Source: Macrostomum hystrix (Eukaryota; Animalia; Platyhelminthes). From it: a DNA stretch of 64,000 nt. Below are positions 13,032-25,484 of the stretch, piece by piece. Numbering within the stretch: position 1 is the first letter of the stretch; the number at the start of each line of letters is the position of its first letter. The translations under genes were made by a program, and so were the position numbers. The stretch lies in contig CATNEN010000010.1 in NCBI GenBank assembly GCA_950097015.1, forward strand, positions 2,418,001-2,482,000, written 5' to 3'. The notes beneath the pieces are model-generated. The model was not told the DNA's origin. It saw only the letters and a list, made by a program, of their open reading frames with translations, and did not search any database.

Positions 13032-13324
13032 ATGGTGCAGTGGTCGACACAGAAGCATCGCGGACGCCACCAGTGCTCACCTGAGACTTGACTCTGGCTA
13101 GCAGTGTGTTGAATTTATTCAACTGTCAATTGATTGTGCCTCCATTGAGAAGGATTAAGTTAATAAAAAGTAGCGTGATACGATTTTTGTGTTAAGAGTT
13201 GATTTATTGGTTTCAGTGAGGAATGAAGTCGGCTGAATCAATGTGACGACGTTTTTGGACTCAAAAGATCGTTATTGTTTTCATCGTGTCTGTTCTTTTT
13301 CTTTTGTTTAGTTTGGAATAATCC

Positions 13325-13545
13325 AAGCTTGGAGGACCTAACTAAGTCTGTTGGTCAGGTGAAGCTTGGAGGACCTAACTAAGTCTGTTGGTCAGGTGAA
13401 GCTTGGAGGACCTAACTAAGTCTGTTGGTCAGGTGAAGCTTGGAGGACCTAACTAAGTCTGTTGGTCAGGTGAAGCTTGGAGGACCTAACTAAGTCTGTT
13501 GGTCAGGTGAAGCTTGGAGGACCTAACTAAGTCTGTTGGTTAGGT
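13325..13545. repeat. 37-bp minisatellite, about 6 units
   Basis: Tandem AAGCTTGGAGGACCTAACTAAGTCTGTTGGTCAGGTG. Confidence 0.95.
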
Positions 13546-14203
13546 ACGCCATAGTTTGTAGAATTTTACTGAAAGTAAATCAGATAGGAGAAAGGCCAAA
13601 CAAATTAACTGGATTATTATTACATTCGTTGGTCCGACAGCCAGTTGATGAGTAAATTGTCAGGACTTCAACAACAACACTATAATTATGGAACAGAGGC
13701 AGCAGGCATAAATTTCGTTAAAAAATAACTAAAAACAAAAGTCAAAGGGCAATTCATGTACAGGAAACATTTGCACTTGAAGTGCGCATCAGCGTACACA
13801 ATTTCGGACAAAAAGCTTTAATTAACAGATGAGCAACCGATATTGTCAACCTTGAACTCAAGGCGCGCAGGTATTCGCAACAAAATGGTTAATGCATTAA
13901 AATTATCGCTGATTCCGTTATGAAATCTGGGTTAGTAAAAAGAGAATGATCGTAAATAATAAGTTTTTACTGTTTTAACCGTAAATAATAAAGTAAAGAA
14001 GTGAAAACAGCGAAGTGGCATGGTTATTGTTGAAACAATTAAAACTGGAATGTTTTACATAGGACTATCTTCTTGATGTCAACGATTGGCAATATAAGTA
14101 TCTGATCGATGGAAAAGTTATATTAATTTAATGCTAATGTTCTGTGCAAACCCAGAGTGCGTCTCCTTGCCAACTGACAAAAAGTAATTCTACACTAGTC
14201 ATC

Positions 14204-16186
14204 CTACTGATAGTAGACGATTGAGTCTGTAGCTCCGTGTCCGCCCAGAACGCTGGGTGAATAGGCGCTCGTGGCAGGGGCGGCGGCCTGCAGAAAGCCC
14301 GTCTCGGCCGGGTCCGTCTCCGGCTGCTTGGCCGTCCGGAACTGGGTCAGGTCCTGCGTGTACTTCAGCTTGGTGTAGTTGGCCGACAGGGCTCCAATGA
14401 AGCAGAACTGTGGGTGTTATGACCGATATCAGGGATATCAGCGCTTTGGAAAAGTTTACAAATACTAACCTGCGTACTATTTTTGTCTCCGTGCAAAACT
14501 AAAAAAAATCATGTAGGCCTTCCCCTAGTCTGCTATTGTAGATTTATTTTATCCCACAGATCTCCAGATCCTCAAATACCCCACTGAGATCTCCAGATCA
14601 TCAAATACCCCACTCAGATCTCCAGATCCTCAAATACCCCACTGAGATCTCCAGATCCTCAAGTAGCCCACTCAGATCTCCAATCCCTCAAATGGCTGTC
14701 CCATTCTGCCACAATGCCCAGCACAATGCTCCCAGCTGCGGTAAAATTTCTCACCAGACCGAAGATTACAAAGAGCGCCCCGCCCCAGGCGAACATGAAC
14801 AGGGGGCCGATGGTGTTCACCTGCGGAAGTTCAGTGAGATTCACTTATAAAGAGTATTAGACTATGAGACTGCATGTACAGTGAGTTTAACAGTCGAATC
14901 CAAGCAATGAACTGTGCTCACATTGGAGCAGAAATTCTGGAAGGCAGTGGCTGTGGTGATGGTCTCGTTGTACTTCAGTTGCGGATTAAATTTGTACAAC
15001 TTCTTGTAGACGCCTGCAAGGTGGTTTCAGTTGGGAGGTGTTTAAATCTCTATTTCTGATGCCCCATAGCATAGTCAGAATTGATGCAATGCACAGGAAA
15101 GCACCGCCCCCGCACTGACCGTAGTGCGTCAAGTTGAAATGGAAGTAGTTGAAGAACTTGGCGTTGGTCTTCTCGCCGTCAATGTCCAGCCAGTATTTCC
15201 ACTCCTCGGCGCAGATCCGGTCCATGATGAGCCAGCCAGTGGCTGGGAACATGAGGCCGCAGAGCACAGCCAGCCAGCAGAGGCAGATCAGGTAGGACAG
15301 CGCCAGGAACACGAAGGCTGTGCCCCGGCCAGATAGCACCGACCTGTGGCCGCGGTAGATTCTCGCCCTAGTTTCGCCTGTTGCTAGGCAACCAAATGTC
15401 AGCAATGCCGCGGCCACGAGAACTGTGGCTGGAGTGATGATAACGCTGATTGTCTGCGCAATGGACAAGCTGGTGGGGCGGAGCGAAGAGGTCAGTGCGT
15501 GAAAAATCTCTTGACGTATGGATACAAAAGCTAGCAGGCAAGAGTACTCAGCCAATTTTTTTACCTGTCAACAGGATAGAAGGTGCTGCGGAAGTAAGCG
15601 TCTGTTCGGCGCACAGCTTCGTAGAGTGTGCCAGTCATGATGCAGCCGCCCACAAGGATGAACACAAATGAGATCATGGATGGATACGGAATGTTCTCGA
15701 TTTGATCGCCTGAAAATTGGATCATTTGTACACTTTTTTATTATTTTCTGAGCAATAAAACTGCTTCACATGGCCAAGATGTTCCCTTTGCTTTTAATTC
15801 ATACACACGGTCAAGATTTCATATGCTGCAGATTGCTTCTTAAAAAAGGATGATAAAAGCCAATTGAAGTGAAAATGTATATTTGAAATAATTAAAAAAA
15901 TTAAATCTAGATATAGCAAAAAGCTGAAAATATTTTTATTCATGCATTGCTGTTTTCTAGTGACAATTTTATTTAGCCATATTTCATTGTTCTAATTCAC
16001 ATAAACTATGAACCTAATTAAATGTAATTTCTCACATTTTAAAATCTGGAAACAACTTTAACAATGAAAAATAGAAATAGAGTTGATGCATTTTTTGAAA
16101 AGTAGTACGATACAGACATGTAATATGAACGTAAGACATATAATAATTTAAGTAAGACAACATTTTTAGTAATGTGACATACCCAT
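14204..16186 (-). CDS. Myelin proteolipid/M6 family tetraspan protein, 286 aa; exons 16186-16183, 15709-15565, 15469-15120, 15013-14922, 14820-14755, 14407-14204
   Basis: All GT-AG junctions phase-compatible and total 861 nt. MGDQIENIPYPSMISF, GCLATGETRARIYRG..SGRGTAFVF, ALSANY resemble invertebrate M6/GPM6. Confidence 0.85.
14555..14690. repeat. 29-bp minisatellite in last M6 intron
   Basis: Tandem AGATCTCCAGATCCTCAAATACCCCACTG, about 4-5 units. Confidence 0.9.
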
Positions 16187-16874
16187 GATGATTCTGGCCA
16201 AAAATCGTCGAAATCTGGTACTAACTTCTAACTGTGATTTAATATTTAATGCGTTATCTTAAACAAATACCAGATGCCATCAACTAGTGAGATACATTTA
16301 AATTATTAAGGAAAATAATTTCGTTGAAAGTGGCAATCTAAAATGAGCATGTCGCACTTTTCAGAATGGTCATTAAACAAAACAGTCAACTTACAAATAG
16401 ATACAGTAACAAATATTATTATATGTGTGAATAGAAACAATAACTGGATAACATAAGTTTAAGCATTTACCAAATATTTGTTTTGTCAAACATCAACGCT
16501 TTTTAAATTGGGGGGAAGGAGTTATCGCCCCGCCTGTCGTTTGCCGCAAGGTAGTTATTATACTTATAGATATGCACAAATCATGGTAAAGTGTAAATCA
16601 TGGTTTAGTCACTTTTTACTTACAAATACATATTACATTTATCATACAAATGAGCATCATGAGCATCAAAGCGACATCATGTGCATCGTATGATATGCAA
16701 ATTCAGTTTTCTTTTGAATTAAACTGAATATTTTGATAAAAGTAACTAAGCTTTATTTGTCACGACGTGGCTATTAATGTTATAATATTTTACTGTTTGC
16801 CTTTGTAAGCTTTAAGATACATTAGTTGGGATTCTAGTAGGCCTAATTAAAAAAATATAGGTCATTTTTTAGCT

Positions 16875-16939
16875 ATATGTCCTATCTAGTCTATATAGAC
16901 TATAGTCTATATGGTCTATATAGACTAGATAGGACATAT
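16875..16939. repeat. Perfect 26-bp inverted repeat with 13-nt spacer
   Basis: ATATGTCCTATCTAGTCTATATAGAC (16875-16900) and its exact reverse complement (16914-16939). Confidence 0.9.
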
Positions 16940-17019
16940 TAGGACTGAATTACTGAATAGGGCCTATGACAATACTTAGTAGCAGCCCTTACTCTATTTC
17001 AGCTTGCCCTAGTTTGCAG

Positions 17020-17663
17020 GAATACAGGACAGTTCGGTAACAGTTCGGTAACACTCAAGGACAGTTCGCCAGTTCGATAACATACAGGAGACAGTTTGGT
17101 AGGCCTAACACACTGGGGACAGTTTGGTAACAATTGAAAGTCAATAAAATCAATCTAGGTTTGTTCTAACAATGTATCTACTAGGCCTATCGTTGCTAGG
17201 ACACAACTGACTGATGTTACTGATGTATCTGAAACTGACACGTCATTTAGAGTGTGTAAGTAGGGTAAAGGCTCGTTCAAAGGGATGTACAAAGGGATGA
17301 AAAATTAGTGCAAATTGTGTGATCACACGAAATTTGGCCTCACTTGATGACTGTATGAATGGGCTTTAAGTGTGCTAGTTGGCTGCTGAAATACGATTTA
17401 TTGTAGCATTGATATCAATATACAAGAATTGTATTTTATCCAAACTAAATATAAAATAATTTTGCAAAAAATCAATTGTTACCAAACTGTCCCTTGATAT
17501 GTTACCGAACTGTCCTGTGGTGTTACCGAACTGTCCTGTGGTGTTACCGAACTGTCCTGTGGTGTTACCGAACTGTCCTGTGGTGTTACCGAACTGTCCT
17601 GTGGTGTTACCAAACTGTCCTGTGGTCTTACCGAATTGTCTGTTACCGAATTGTCCTGCTACC
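17020..17663. mobile_element. Non-autonomous foldback-type DNA transposon with modular TIRs and 8-bp TSD GTTTGCAG
   Basis: Left arm of GACAGTTCGGTAAC modules; right arm of reverse-complement 21-bp GTTACCGAACTGTCCTGTGGT modules. Inner ends match exactly (GACAGTTTGGTAACAATTGA). Direct repeat at 17012-17019 and 17664-17671. Confidence 0.8.
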
Positions 17664-18851
17664 GTTTGCAGCACTGGAAATGTACAAGGGCCTAGTATAC
17701 CGAGATCCCACAATTGGTCACAATCCCTGAATCTCTCTCTGAATTTAGCTTTGAGTCTCTTGCAAATATCCACATTACAGCATTATGGGCAGCATAATAG
17801 CAGACCATGCCACTAAGTACTAAAGTAGCTACTCTGATAGCAAATAGCTTTGCCTATATATGTCTGAAAATAATATTTGTAGAAATATTGCCTGCACTGT
17901 CTATGTATCTGCCCTGACTTGCTTATTTTCAGGCAGTGAATACTTTCACTGTGCCTTGGAGGTTGGCCCTGAAAGGCATAAATTGCATCACAAGCTCCTA
18001 GAAATCTCATCTCATCTCAAAATAACTTCTTGCATCCTTTAATTTAGAGGAATCACAATTTGACTATTTTTTGTATATATAGCAAACTAATGGAGACAAT
18101 AACAAAAGTGGGGAAAGTTTTTATTGCTAGCTAGTCAGAAAATACAATTTATTGGCTATTATATTTAATTTTAAAGTTTCGAAATACTATAAAAAATATT
18201 AACTAATTAACAATTGAATACACACTAGCACCTAAATTGTATATATAACCAAATTTAATTAACAATAGGATAAATTTTATTTTGGATGGTTTGTGGTAGA
18301 CTTTTAATAATAAAAAATGCATTTATATCTAAATAGAAATTATGTAATTGTTTTATAAAAATTAAATGTATTAAAAATTTTCTGCTTACCAATAATATAT
18401 TATAATAAAATATAATAATATTACATATGCTATACATTTTACTTTATAATTGTAATCATTTTTATAGCTACTGCATTAATTTTGATTAATTTTTAATGTA
18501 AATTTCGTTTAAACAGTTTTTGCTTCTGCAAAATATGTTTTTGTGTGATTACATGTATTAAAAAATTACTCTAAAAAGCCCCCTTTACCTTGCAAATACA
18601 AATTTGTAAATTTTTGTTATATTTTTAAAGAGTAAATTTAAATAGAAAATAAATAGCTTTCTTGCATAAATTTTCTAAAAAAATACAGTTTTCTCATTTT
18701 GACAATTGAGTGCTTTGTCAGTTCAATGTAGAAAACCAGTTCTAGTGATGTAAGTTAAATTAATAAATATATATGCTAAAAATATTCTTTGTATGTTTAT
18801 TCACTTTCAGATTCATCTCAGAATAACTTCCTGCATCCTTTAATTTAGAGG

Positions 18852-20993
18852 ATGACTGAGACAGAGAACTTCTGTGCTATAACAGGTACTTTTTAGTTTC
18901 TTTTTGTATAATTATTAGCCTATTCATTGGTTCATTGCAAATCACCGATGCTATTTGGAAAACCTGCATTAAATGTGTTTTCTACAATTTAATTTTGAGT
19001 AGTTTTAGCAGTCTGGTACTTCTGGTACTGGCAGTCAGATATTTTTGGTCATTAGTGTAAGAAGCTTAATTTCCATTTGCTTTGGTTAACCCGCTGTAAC
19101 ATGGGCACCAGCATGAGCTGTGTATGGGTTTGGGTGTGGTGGCCTCTCAAGTCTAAGGACTGAACAGCTGTAAACGGCCTTTAGCTGCTAATCAATTATG
19201 ACCTATGGCTAGCTGTACACACCCTTGGAAGCCCCGCACCCTAGCTTTGGCCTGCCTATTTTCTTCCATTTTCCTTTTAATCAGGTGCAACAGACACAGT
19301 CGCTGCCCAGTACTTGGCCGCCTGCAACAACAACCTGGAGATGGCGCTCAACATGTACATGGAGACCGGACCGCCCACCCCAGCCAATCACCACCATCGC
19401 CACCTGCGCGATCTCGATGGCCTAGCTGACGATAGCAACGGCGCCGACTCTGGCCTCGTTGCCACGCCGGAGCAGCTCGGCGACCGGGCGCCGATGCCGC
19501 AGGTTGTGGCGCAGCTGGCACCGAATGCTGGCGCCGCATTTGCTGTGGCAGGCAATGGCGGCGCCAGGCAGACTGTGCAGCCCTTTGCCGATCATCGGGC
19601 CGCTATGCTAGACGAAGCCGGAGCTGGCGGCAGCGGCGGCAACCATCGGGCAGGGAAGCGCAGCCTGCACGACTTGTACCGCCCGCCAACCAGCCTCATG
19701 CACCTGGGCAGCCTGGAGTCGGCAATGCAGCAGGCCAGGCTTGCCGGCAAATGGTTGCTGGTTGACCTGCAGGTAACGCGAAGGGCCAACGAAATCCTGT
19801 GAATAATGGCCTTCCAAATTCGGGTATGGGGAGGACCGTGTATTCGGGTATGGGCATGACTTAAATGTTAAAGTAGGCGGAAGTGACTTTGGTCAATAGA
19901 TTAAAGGAAGGAGCGGATGTGCCATTCTATAGATAAAAGAAAGGGGCGGATGTGGCAGTCTATAGATAAAAGAAAGGGGCGGATGTGGCAGTCTATAGAT
20001 AAAAGAAAGGGGCGGATGTGGCAGTCTATAGATAAAAGAAAGGGGCGGATGTGGCAGTCTATAGATAAAAGAAAGGGGCGGATGTGGCAGTCTATAGATA
20101 AAAGAAAGGGGCGGATGTGGCAGTCTACAGGCGATAGGAAGGAGCGGATGTGGCAGTCTACATATTTTAAAAGCGAGTCGCCGATCGCAAACTTACCGCC
20201 GACCGGCATGCCGCAGGATGTCAGCGAGTTCGGCTGCCAGCTGCTGAATCGCGACCTCTGGTCGGACCCGGCTGTTCAGTCAGTACTTGAGGCCAGCTGC
20301 GTGTTCCTTCAGCTGGACAGCCGTTCGTCCGCTGGCAACCGGTTCTCAGTCAATTACCGGGCGCCGAGCGGAGCACCTTTTGTAGCTCTGCTGGACCCGG
20401 TGACTGGCGAGCAGCGCCTGCGGTTTGTCCCCGGCCAGCTTCGCCACATCGACAGCTTTCTGGACCGGCTGACCGAGTTCCTGGCACATTTTGAGCGGCC
20501 GGAGTGCCTGCCGGAGCCCGAGGCGGATACTGCGATGGACGGAGAGGCACCGACCGCGGCCAAGCGGGCCCGATCAAAATCGCCCCCGCCGCCACCGCCG
20601 CCGCTGCCTGCGGAGAAGGGCGAAAATGGAGCTCATCGCACTGTTGAGCACGATGAGGAGGCCGAGGCTGAGCAACTTCGGCGGGCTGTGGCCGCGTCGC
20701 GCCTAGCCGATGGCCAGCAGGAACACCGGCGCTGGCTGGGCGACCCGGACGAGGCCGAGCGCTGTCGGCTGCTGATCCGCTACCCGGACGGCCGGCGTTG
20801 CTCCCTGGACTGGCCGGCAAGCAGCCGGCTGAAGGCGCTGATTGTCCTGCTGGCTGGCGAGGGCTTCCCCGCCGAGGACTACGAACTGCTGGCCACGCAT
20901 CCCAGGCGGCTGTTGTCCCAGCTGAAGCCTCTGGCCAGCCTCCGCGAGCTGGGACTCTGCCCCTCTGACACTGTGTACGTGCAGGCCAAGTAG
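18852..20993 (+). CDS. UBXN7: UBX domain protein 7 (UBA-like, UAS, UIM, UBX); exons 18852-18885, 19285-19772, 20217-20993
   Basis: FCAITG|ATDTVAAQYLAACNNNLEMALNMY, DLYRPP, GKWLLVDLQ|DVSEFGCQLLNRDLWS, LRRAVAAS, RLLIRYPDGRR; phases consistent. Confidence 0.92.
19910..20160. repeat. 33-bp minisatellite in UBXN7 intron 2
   Basis: Tandem GGGGCGGATGTGGCAGTCTATAGATAAAAGAAA, about 7 units. Confidence 0.95.
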
Positions 20994-21039
20994 TGCTGTG
21001 GCCAGCATATATGAATGCGTGCAATATTGCAATATCTGG

Positions 21040-21790
21040 TTCATGAGCCATCTAAATAGCCGAGTGTGGGTCATGACCAACCTAAATATCATGACCAACC
21101 TACGAGCGTATATGTCTTGACCAATCTAAATAGCCGAGTGTGGGTCATGACCAACCTAAATATCATGACCAACCTACGAGCGTATATGTCTTGACCAATC
21201 TAAATAGCCGAATGTGGGTCATGACCAATCTAAGTAGCCGAATGTGGTCATGACCAATCTAAATAGCCGAATGTGGGTCATGACCAATCTAAATAGCCGA
21301 ATGTGGGTCATGACCAATCTAAATAGCCGAATGTGGGTCATGACCAATCTAAATAGCCGAATGTGGGTCATGACCAATCTAAATAGCTGATTGAGTGTCA
21401 TGACCAATCTAAATAGCTGAGTGTGGGTCATGACCAACCTAAACGTCATGACCAACCTAAACGTCATGACCAACCTAAACGTCATGACCAACCTAAATGT
21501 CATGACCAATCTAAATAGCTGAGTGCGGGTCATGACCAATCTAGATAGCCGAGTGAGGGTCATGACCAACCTAAACATCATGACCAACCTAAACGTCATG
21601 ACCAACCTAAACGTCATGACCAACCTAAACGTCATGACCAACCTAAATGTCATGACCAATCTAAATAGCTGAGTGAGGGTCATGACCAATCTAAATAGCT
21701 GAGTGTGGGTCATGACCAATCTAAATAGCCGAGTGAGGGTCATGACCAATCTAAATAGCTGATTGAGTGTCATGACCACATCTAATAGCT
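21040..21790. repeat. Composite 30-bp and 18-bp minisatellite
   Basis: GTCATGACCAATCTAAATAGCCGAATGTGG interleaved with CATGACCAACCTAAACGT. Confidence 0.95.
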
Positions 21791-22569
21791 GATGTACAGT
21801 ATTATCCCCCTACCATAGATAGGTGCTGTTAATTTCGCTTTTCACTCGATGCACAGTTTTATAAAAGCTCAATATGAATGTACTAGCTTGTCAAGAAACT
21901 AGCATTGTCAATGCCATGATTTAATGTTTTAGGAATTCAAGTCCTGATTCTTAAACCCAAACCCGATGGATATTGTGCTGTATTTTGTTCAGTCTGCCCC
22001 GTGGTCATACAACAATGTAGGTAAGCTCTCCAATCAGCATTTTTCAATCGCAGTAACAGCGCTTTTGTTGCAGTAACTTATTTTTTGCCTATTCATAAGC
22101 CTTCTGTTTTATATTGTATGGTTATTGTATTGTATTAGAATGATTCATTTCTAACCCCGAATATTCGATTCCCAATTATCCTATTCAATTATATTGACTT
22201 CAGTTTATACTCAAATTTACGAGTATGTTTACAACAGATGGTAAGAAAATTATCCCCCATAAATTAAATGGGCCCTATAAAAATCCCTATACTCCGGATT
22301 CGAACCCTTGGAAAACTGGTTGGCAGCGCAGCCAGAGTCTTTCTTCACGGAGCGCACAGTTTCCCTCCTGAAACCCTTCCGCAGATTCAAAATGCCATTA
22401 TTCTGGTATTCATTTGCGCGAGGCTATCGATGCCACTGTCTGTACAGTGATTTGGGAATGTTTATTACAACTTAAATACATGCTTATTCTAATCATTTTC
22501 GATTCTCTGCATTGCTTGTCAATCAAGCCTGTGAGTCCGCTTCTTTGAAAATTCAGAAGGATGCTGTGA

Positions 22570-23815
22570 TAATGTCAGACTGGGTAGGTCATGTTCAGCT
22601 GTGAGATCATGTCAGACTAGGTAGGTCATGTTCAGCTGTGAGATCATATCAGATTGGGTAGGTCATGTTCAGCTGTGAGATCATGTCAGACTGGGTAGGT
22701 CATGTTCAGCTGTGAGATCATGTCAGACTAGGTAGGTCATGTTCAGCTGTGAGATCATATCAGATTGGGTAGGTCATGTTCAGCTGTGAGATCATGTCAG
22801 ACTAGGTAGGTCATGTTCAGCTGTGAGATCATATCAGATTGGGTAGGTCATGTTCAGCTGTGAGATCATGTCAGACTAGGTAGGTCATGTTCAGCTGTGA
22901 GATCATGTCAGACTAGGTAGGTCATGTTCAGCTGTGAGATCATATCAGACTTGGTAGGTCATGTTCAGCTGTGAGATCATATCAGATTGGGTAGGTCATG
23001 TTCAGCTGTGAGATCATGTCAGACTAGGTAGGTCATGTTCAGCTGTGAGATCATGTCAGACTTGGTAGGTCATGTTCAGCTGTGAGATCATATCAGATTG
23101 GGTAGGTCATGTTCAGCTGTGAGATCATGTCAGACTAGGTAGGTCATGTTCAGCTGTGAGATCATGTCAGACTAGGTAGGTCATGTTTAGCTGTGAGATC
23201 ATGTCAGACTAGGTAGGTCATGTTCAGCTGTGAGATCATATCAGATTGGGTAGGTCATGTTCAGCTGTGAGATCATGTCAGACTGGGTAGGTCATGTTCA
23301 GCTGTGAGATCATATCAGATTGGGTAGGTCATGTTCATCTGTGAGATCATGTCAGACAGGGTAGGTCATGTTCAGCTGTGAGATCATATCAGATTGGGTA
23401 GGTCATGTTCAGCTGTGAGATCATGTCAGACTGGGTAGGTCATGTTCAGCTGTGAGATCATATCAGATTGGGTAGGTCATGTTCATCTGTGAGATCATGT
23501 CAGACTAGGTAGGTCATGCTACACTGGGTAGGTCATGCTACACTGGGTAGGTCATGTGAGAGTGGGTAGGTCATGCTACACTGGGTAGGTCATGCTACAC
23601 TGGGTAGGTCATGCTACACTGGGTAGGTCATGCTACACTGGGTAGGTCATGCTACACTGGGTAGGTCATGCTACACTGGGTAGGTCATGTGAGAGTGGGT
23701 AGGTCATGCTACACTGGGTAGGTCATGCTACACTGGGTAGGTCATGCTACACTGGGTAGGTCATGCTACACTGGGTAGGTCATGCTACACTGGGTAGGTC
23801 ATGTGCAGCTGTTAG
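22570..23815. repeat. 37-bp minisatellite grading into a 19-bp minisatellite, shared core GGTAGGTCATG
   Basis: GACTAGGTAGGTCATGTTCAGCTGTGAGATCATGTCA (22570-23515) then ACTGGGTAGGTCATGCTAC (23515-23815). Confidence 0.96.
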
Positions 23816-23856
23816 GTCATTATCAATGTCGGCTAATGGAATTGCAGCATTTCGCA

Positions 23857-24054
23857 ATGTCCGGCTGGGTGCGCATGACCATGGTGCTGGTGGAGAGCCT
23901 GGCTGGCACCGGACACACTCGGCTGGCATTCCGGCCGCGCACGTCGCCTACCAAGAAGGAGCTGGTGGCCTTCGACCCGCTGGTGCAGCGGGAGGTGCTC
24001 TACCGCGAGGTGAAGAAGTTGAGGACGCTGAAGAAGCACGGCTCCTCAGATTGA
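23857..24054 (+). CDS. MRPL33: Mitochondrial ribosomal protein L33 (bL33m)
   Basis: MVLVESLAGTGH..AFRPR..KKELVAFDPLVQREVLYREVKKLRTL matches the L33 pattern. Start codon uncertain; an upstream exon is possible. Confidence 0.82.
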   Translation: MSGWVRMTMVLVESLAGTGHTRLAFRPRTSPTKKELVAFDPLVQREVLYREVKKLRTLKKHGSSD

Positions 24055-24346
24055 AGCTCGTCTCCCAGACCGCACGCGTCATATCCCTGTGTAGATAGCT
24101 CACGATAGTAATCAATGTTTTAAATAGCACAGCAATTATACTGTTTGCAAGTGGCCAATGCAGATTATTGGCAAATTAGTTTGTTTACAAAATACTGCGG
24201 TTTTTCTACTTTATTTTCTAATAGTCCATTATCAGCAGTAATAAAAGATTTATTGCTAGTCATAAAATAAGTTTGCCAGTTTTCCAGCTTTACTACTGTC
24301 CATCAGCCAATTCAGTAGTAATCGTAGCCTTTCCAGCCCACGCCGC

Positions 24347-25484
24347 ATGCTGAAGTGGCTGGAGAAGCAACGAAGCGTCTGGCGGGCCAGGCACCGCTGC
24401 CAGACCCGGGCCAGGCCGCACACCGTCTGCCTCCTCTGCTGCCGGGTTATTCGCGCCTGGGGCGCCGTCGGTCTCGGCCAGAGCGAGCTGTGCCACCCCA
24501 TGACCTGCCCGGATCATTTCTGCCACATCAACTGCATGCTGGCCTACATCGGGCGCAGCGACCCGGTCGGCGGTTCCCGCTGTCCGACCTGCGGCCGGCT
24601 GTTCCGCGAGCTCTGCTTCCACAAGATCCGCGCCGGCCGGCCCTGCGGCCAATGCCCGCTGGACGAGCTGGACTGCGAGCCGGCCGGAGCCGCCGCCGCT
24701 GCTGCCGCCACCGGCCTCTGGTGGCTGCTGCCTGCGCCCTTCGAATACGATTTGGACGATGGCGGCGGTGGTGGGGGAGGCAGCGGCAGTGGAATGAGTG
24801 AGGTAGATTGCATCTTGTGCTCAATCTTGTCTGATTAATTCCGTATCTCATTTAGACCCTTCAGTCCCTGACATTCAGTCCCTCAAATTCAGTACCTGAC
24901 ATTCAGTCCCTGACATTCAGTCCCTGACCTTCAGCCTCTGACCTAGGTCTCACCAGTCACGGAGCAGTGCCTAACCAACCCCACCGCTGATTTTCCAGCC
25001 CACTGGCCGAGCCCCAGCCTCGGCGTCCGACTCTCCCAGCGCGGCGGCCGCTGCCGCGGTAGCGCAGGAGCTCCGCCTGGCCACCTACATGCTGGACATT
25101 GGCAGCGACTGCGCCATCTGCTGCGATCGCATCGAGTCGGACGTCGGCGTGCCCGACGCCTGCTGTCACCAGTACTGCTACGCCTGCTTGGCCCGCTGGT
25201 GCCGCACCAGCCCCACCTGCCCCATCGACAGGAGGCCGCTGTCCCACATCTACATCAGGCCCAGTCCTGGCCAGCCGTTTGTTAGGAGAGTTCTGTTCAA
25301 CGGCGAGCCCGACCAGCAGCTCAGCTTTGTGCCGCACTTTTCTCAGCAACTGGCGGCTGCCGCGGCTGCGGCCTCGGGCAGCACCTGTGTCGACGTCAGT
25401 GACACCAGAGTCGTTAACAACAGCGAGGCGCCGACGGCGTCCGGGTTGTCGTCCGCATCGTCTGGCTCAGCGTCGCCGACTTAG
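24347..25484 (+). CDS. Protein with two RING fingers, second one PHRF1/SCAF11-like; exons 24347-24802, 24999-25484
   Basis: CLLC..CPDHFCHINC..CPTC and CAICC..GVPDACCHQYCYACLARW..TCPIDR joined by a phase-0 GT-AG intron. Confidence 0.75.
24860..24940. repeat. 14-bp minisatellite in tandem-RING gene intron
   Basis: CAGTCCCTGACATT units. Confidence 0.8.

Noticed and set aside
22285-22365. tRNA gene candidate (GGTTCGAATCC B box on minus strand)
   Set aside because: T-stem only partly pairs; no convincing A box, anticodon arm or acceptor stem. At most a decayed SINE head.
22470-22536. Possible upstream MRPL33 exon ending at gtgagt (22531)
   Set aside because: Phase-compatible, but the peptide MLILIIFDSLHCLSIKP shows no clear L33 or targeting similarity; left unannotated.
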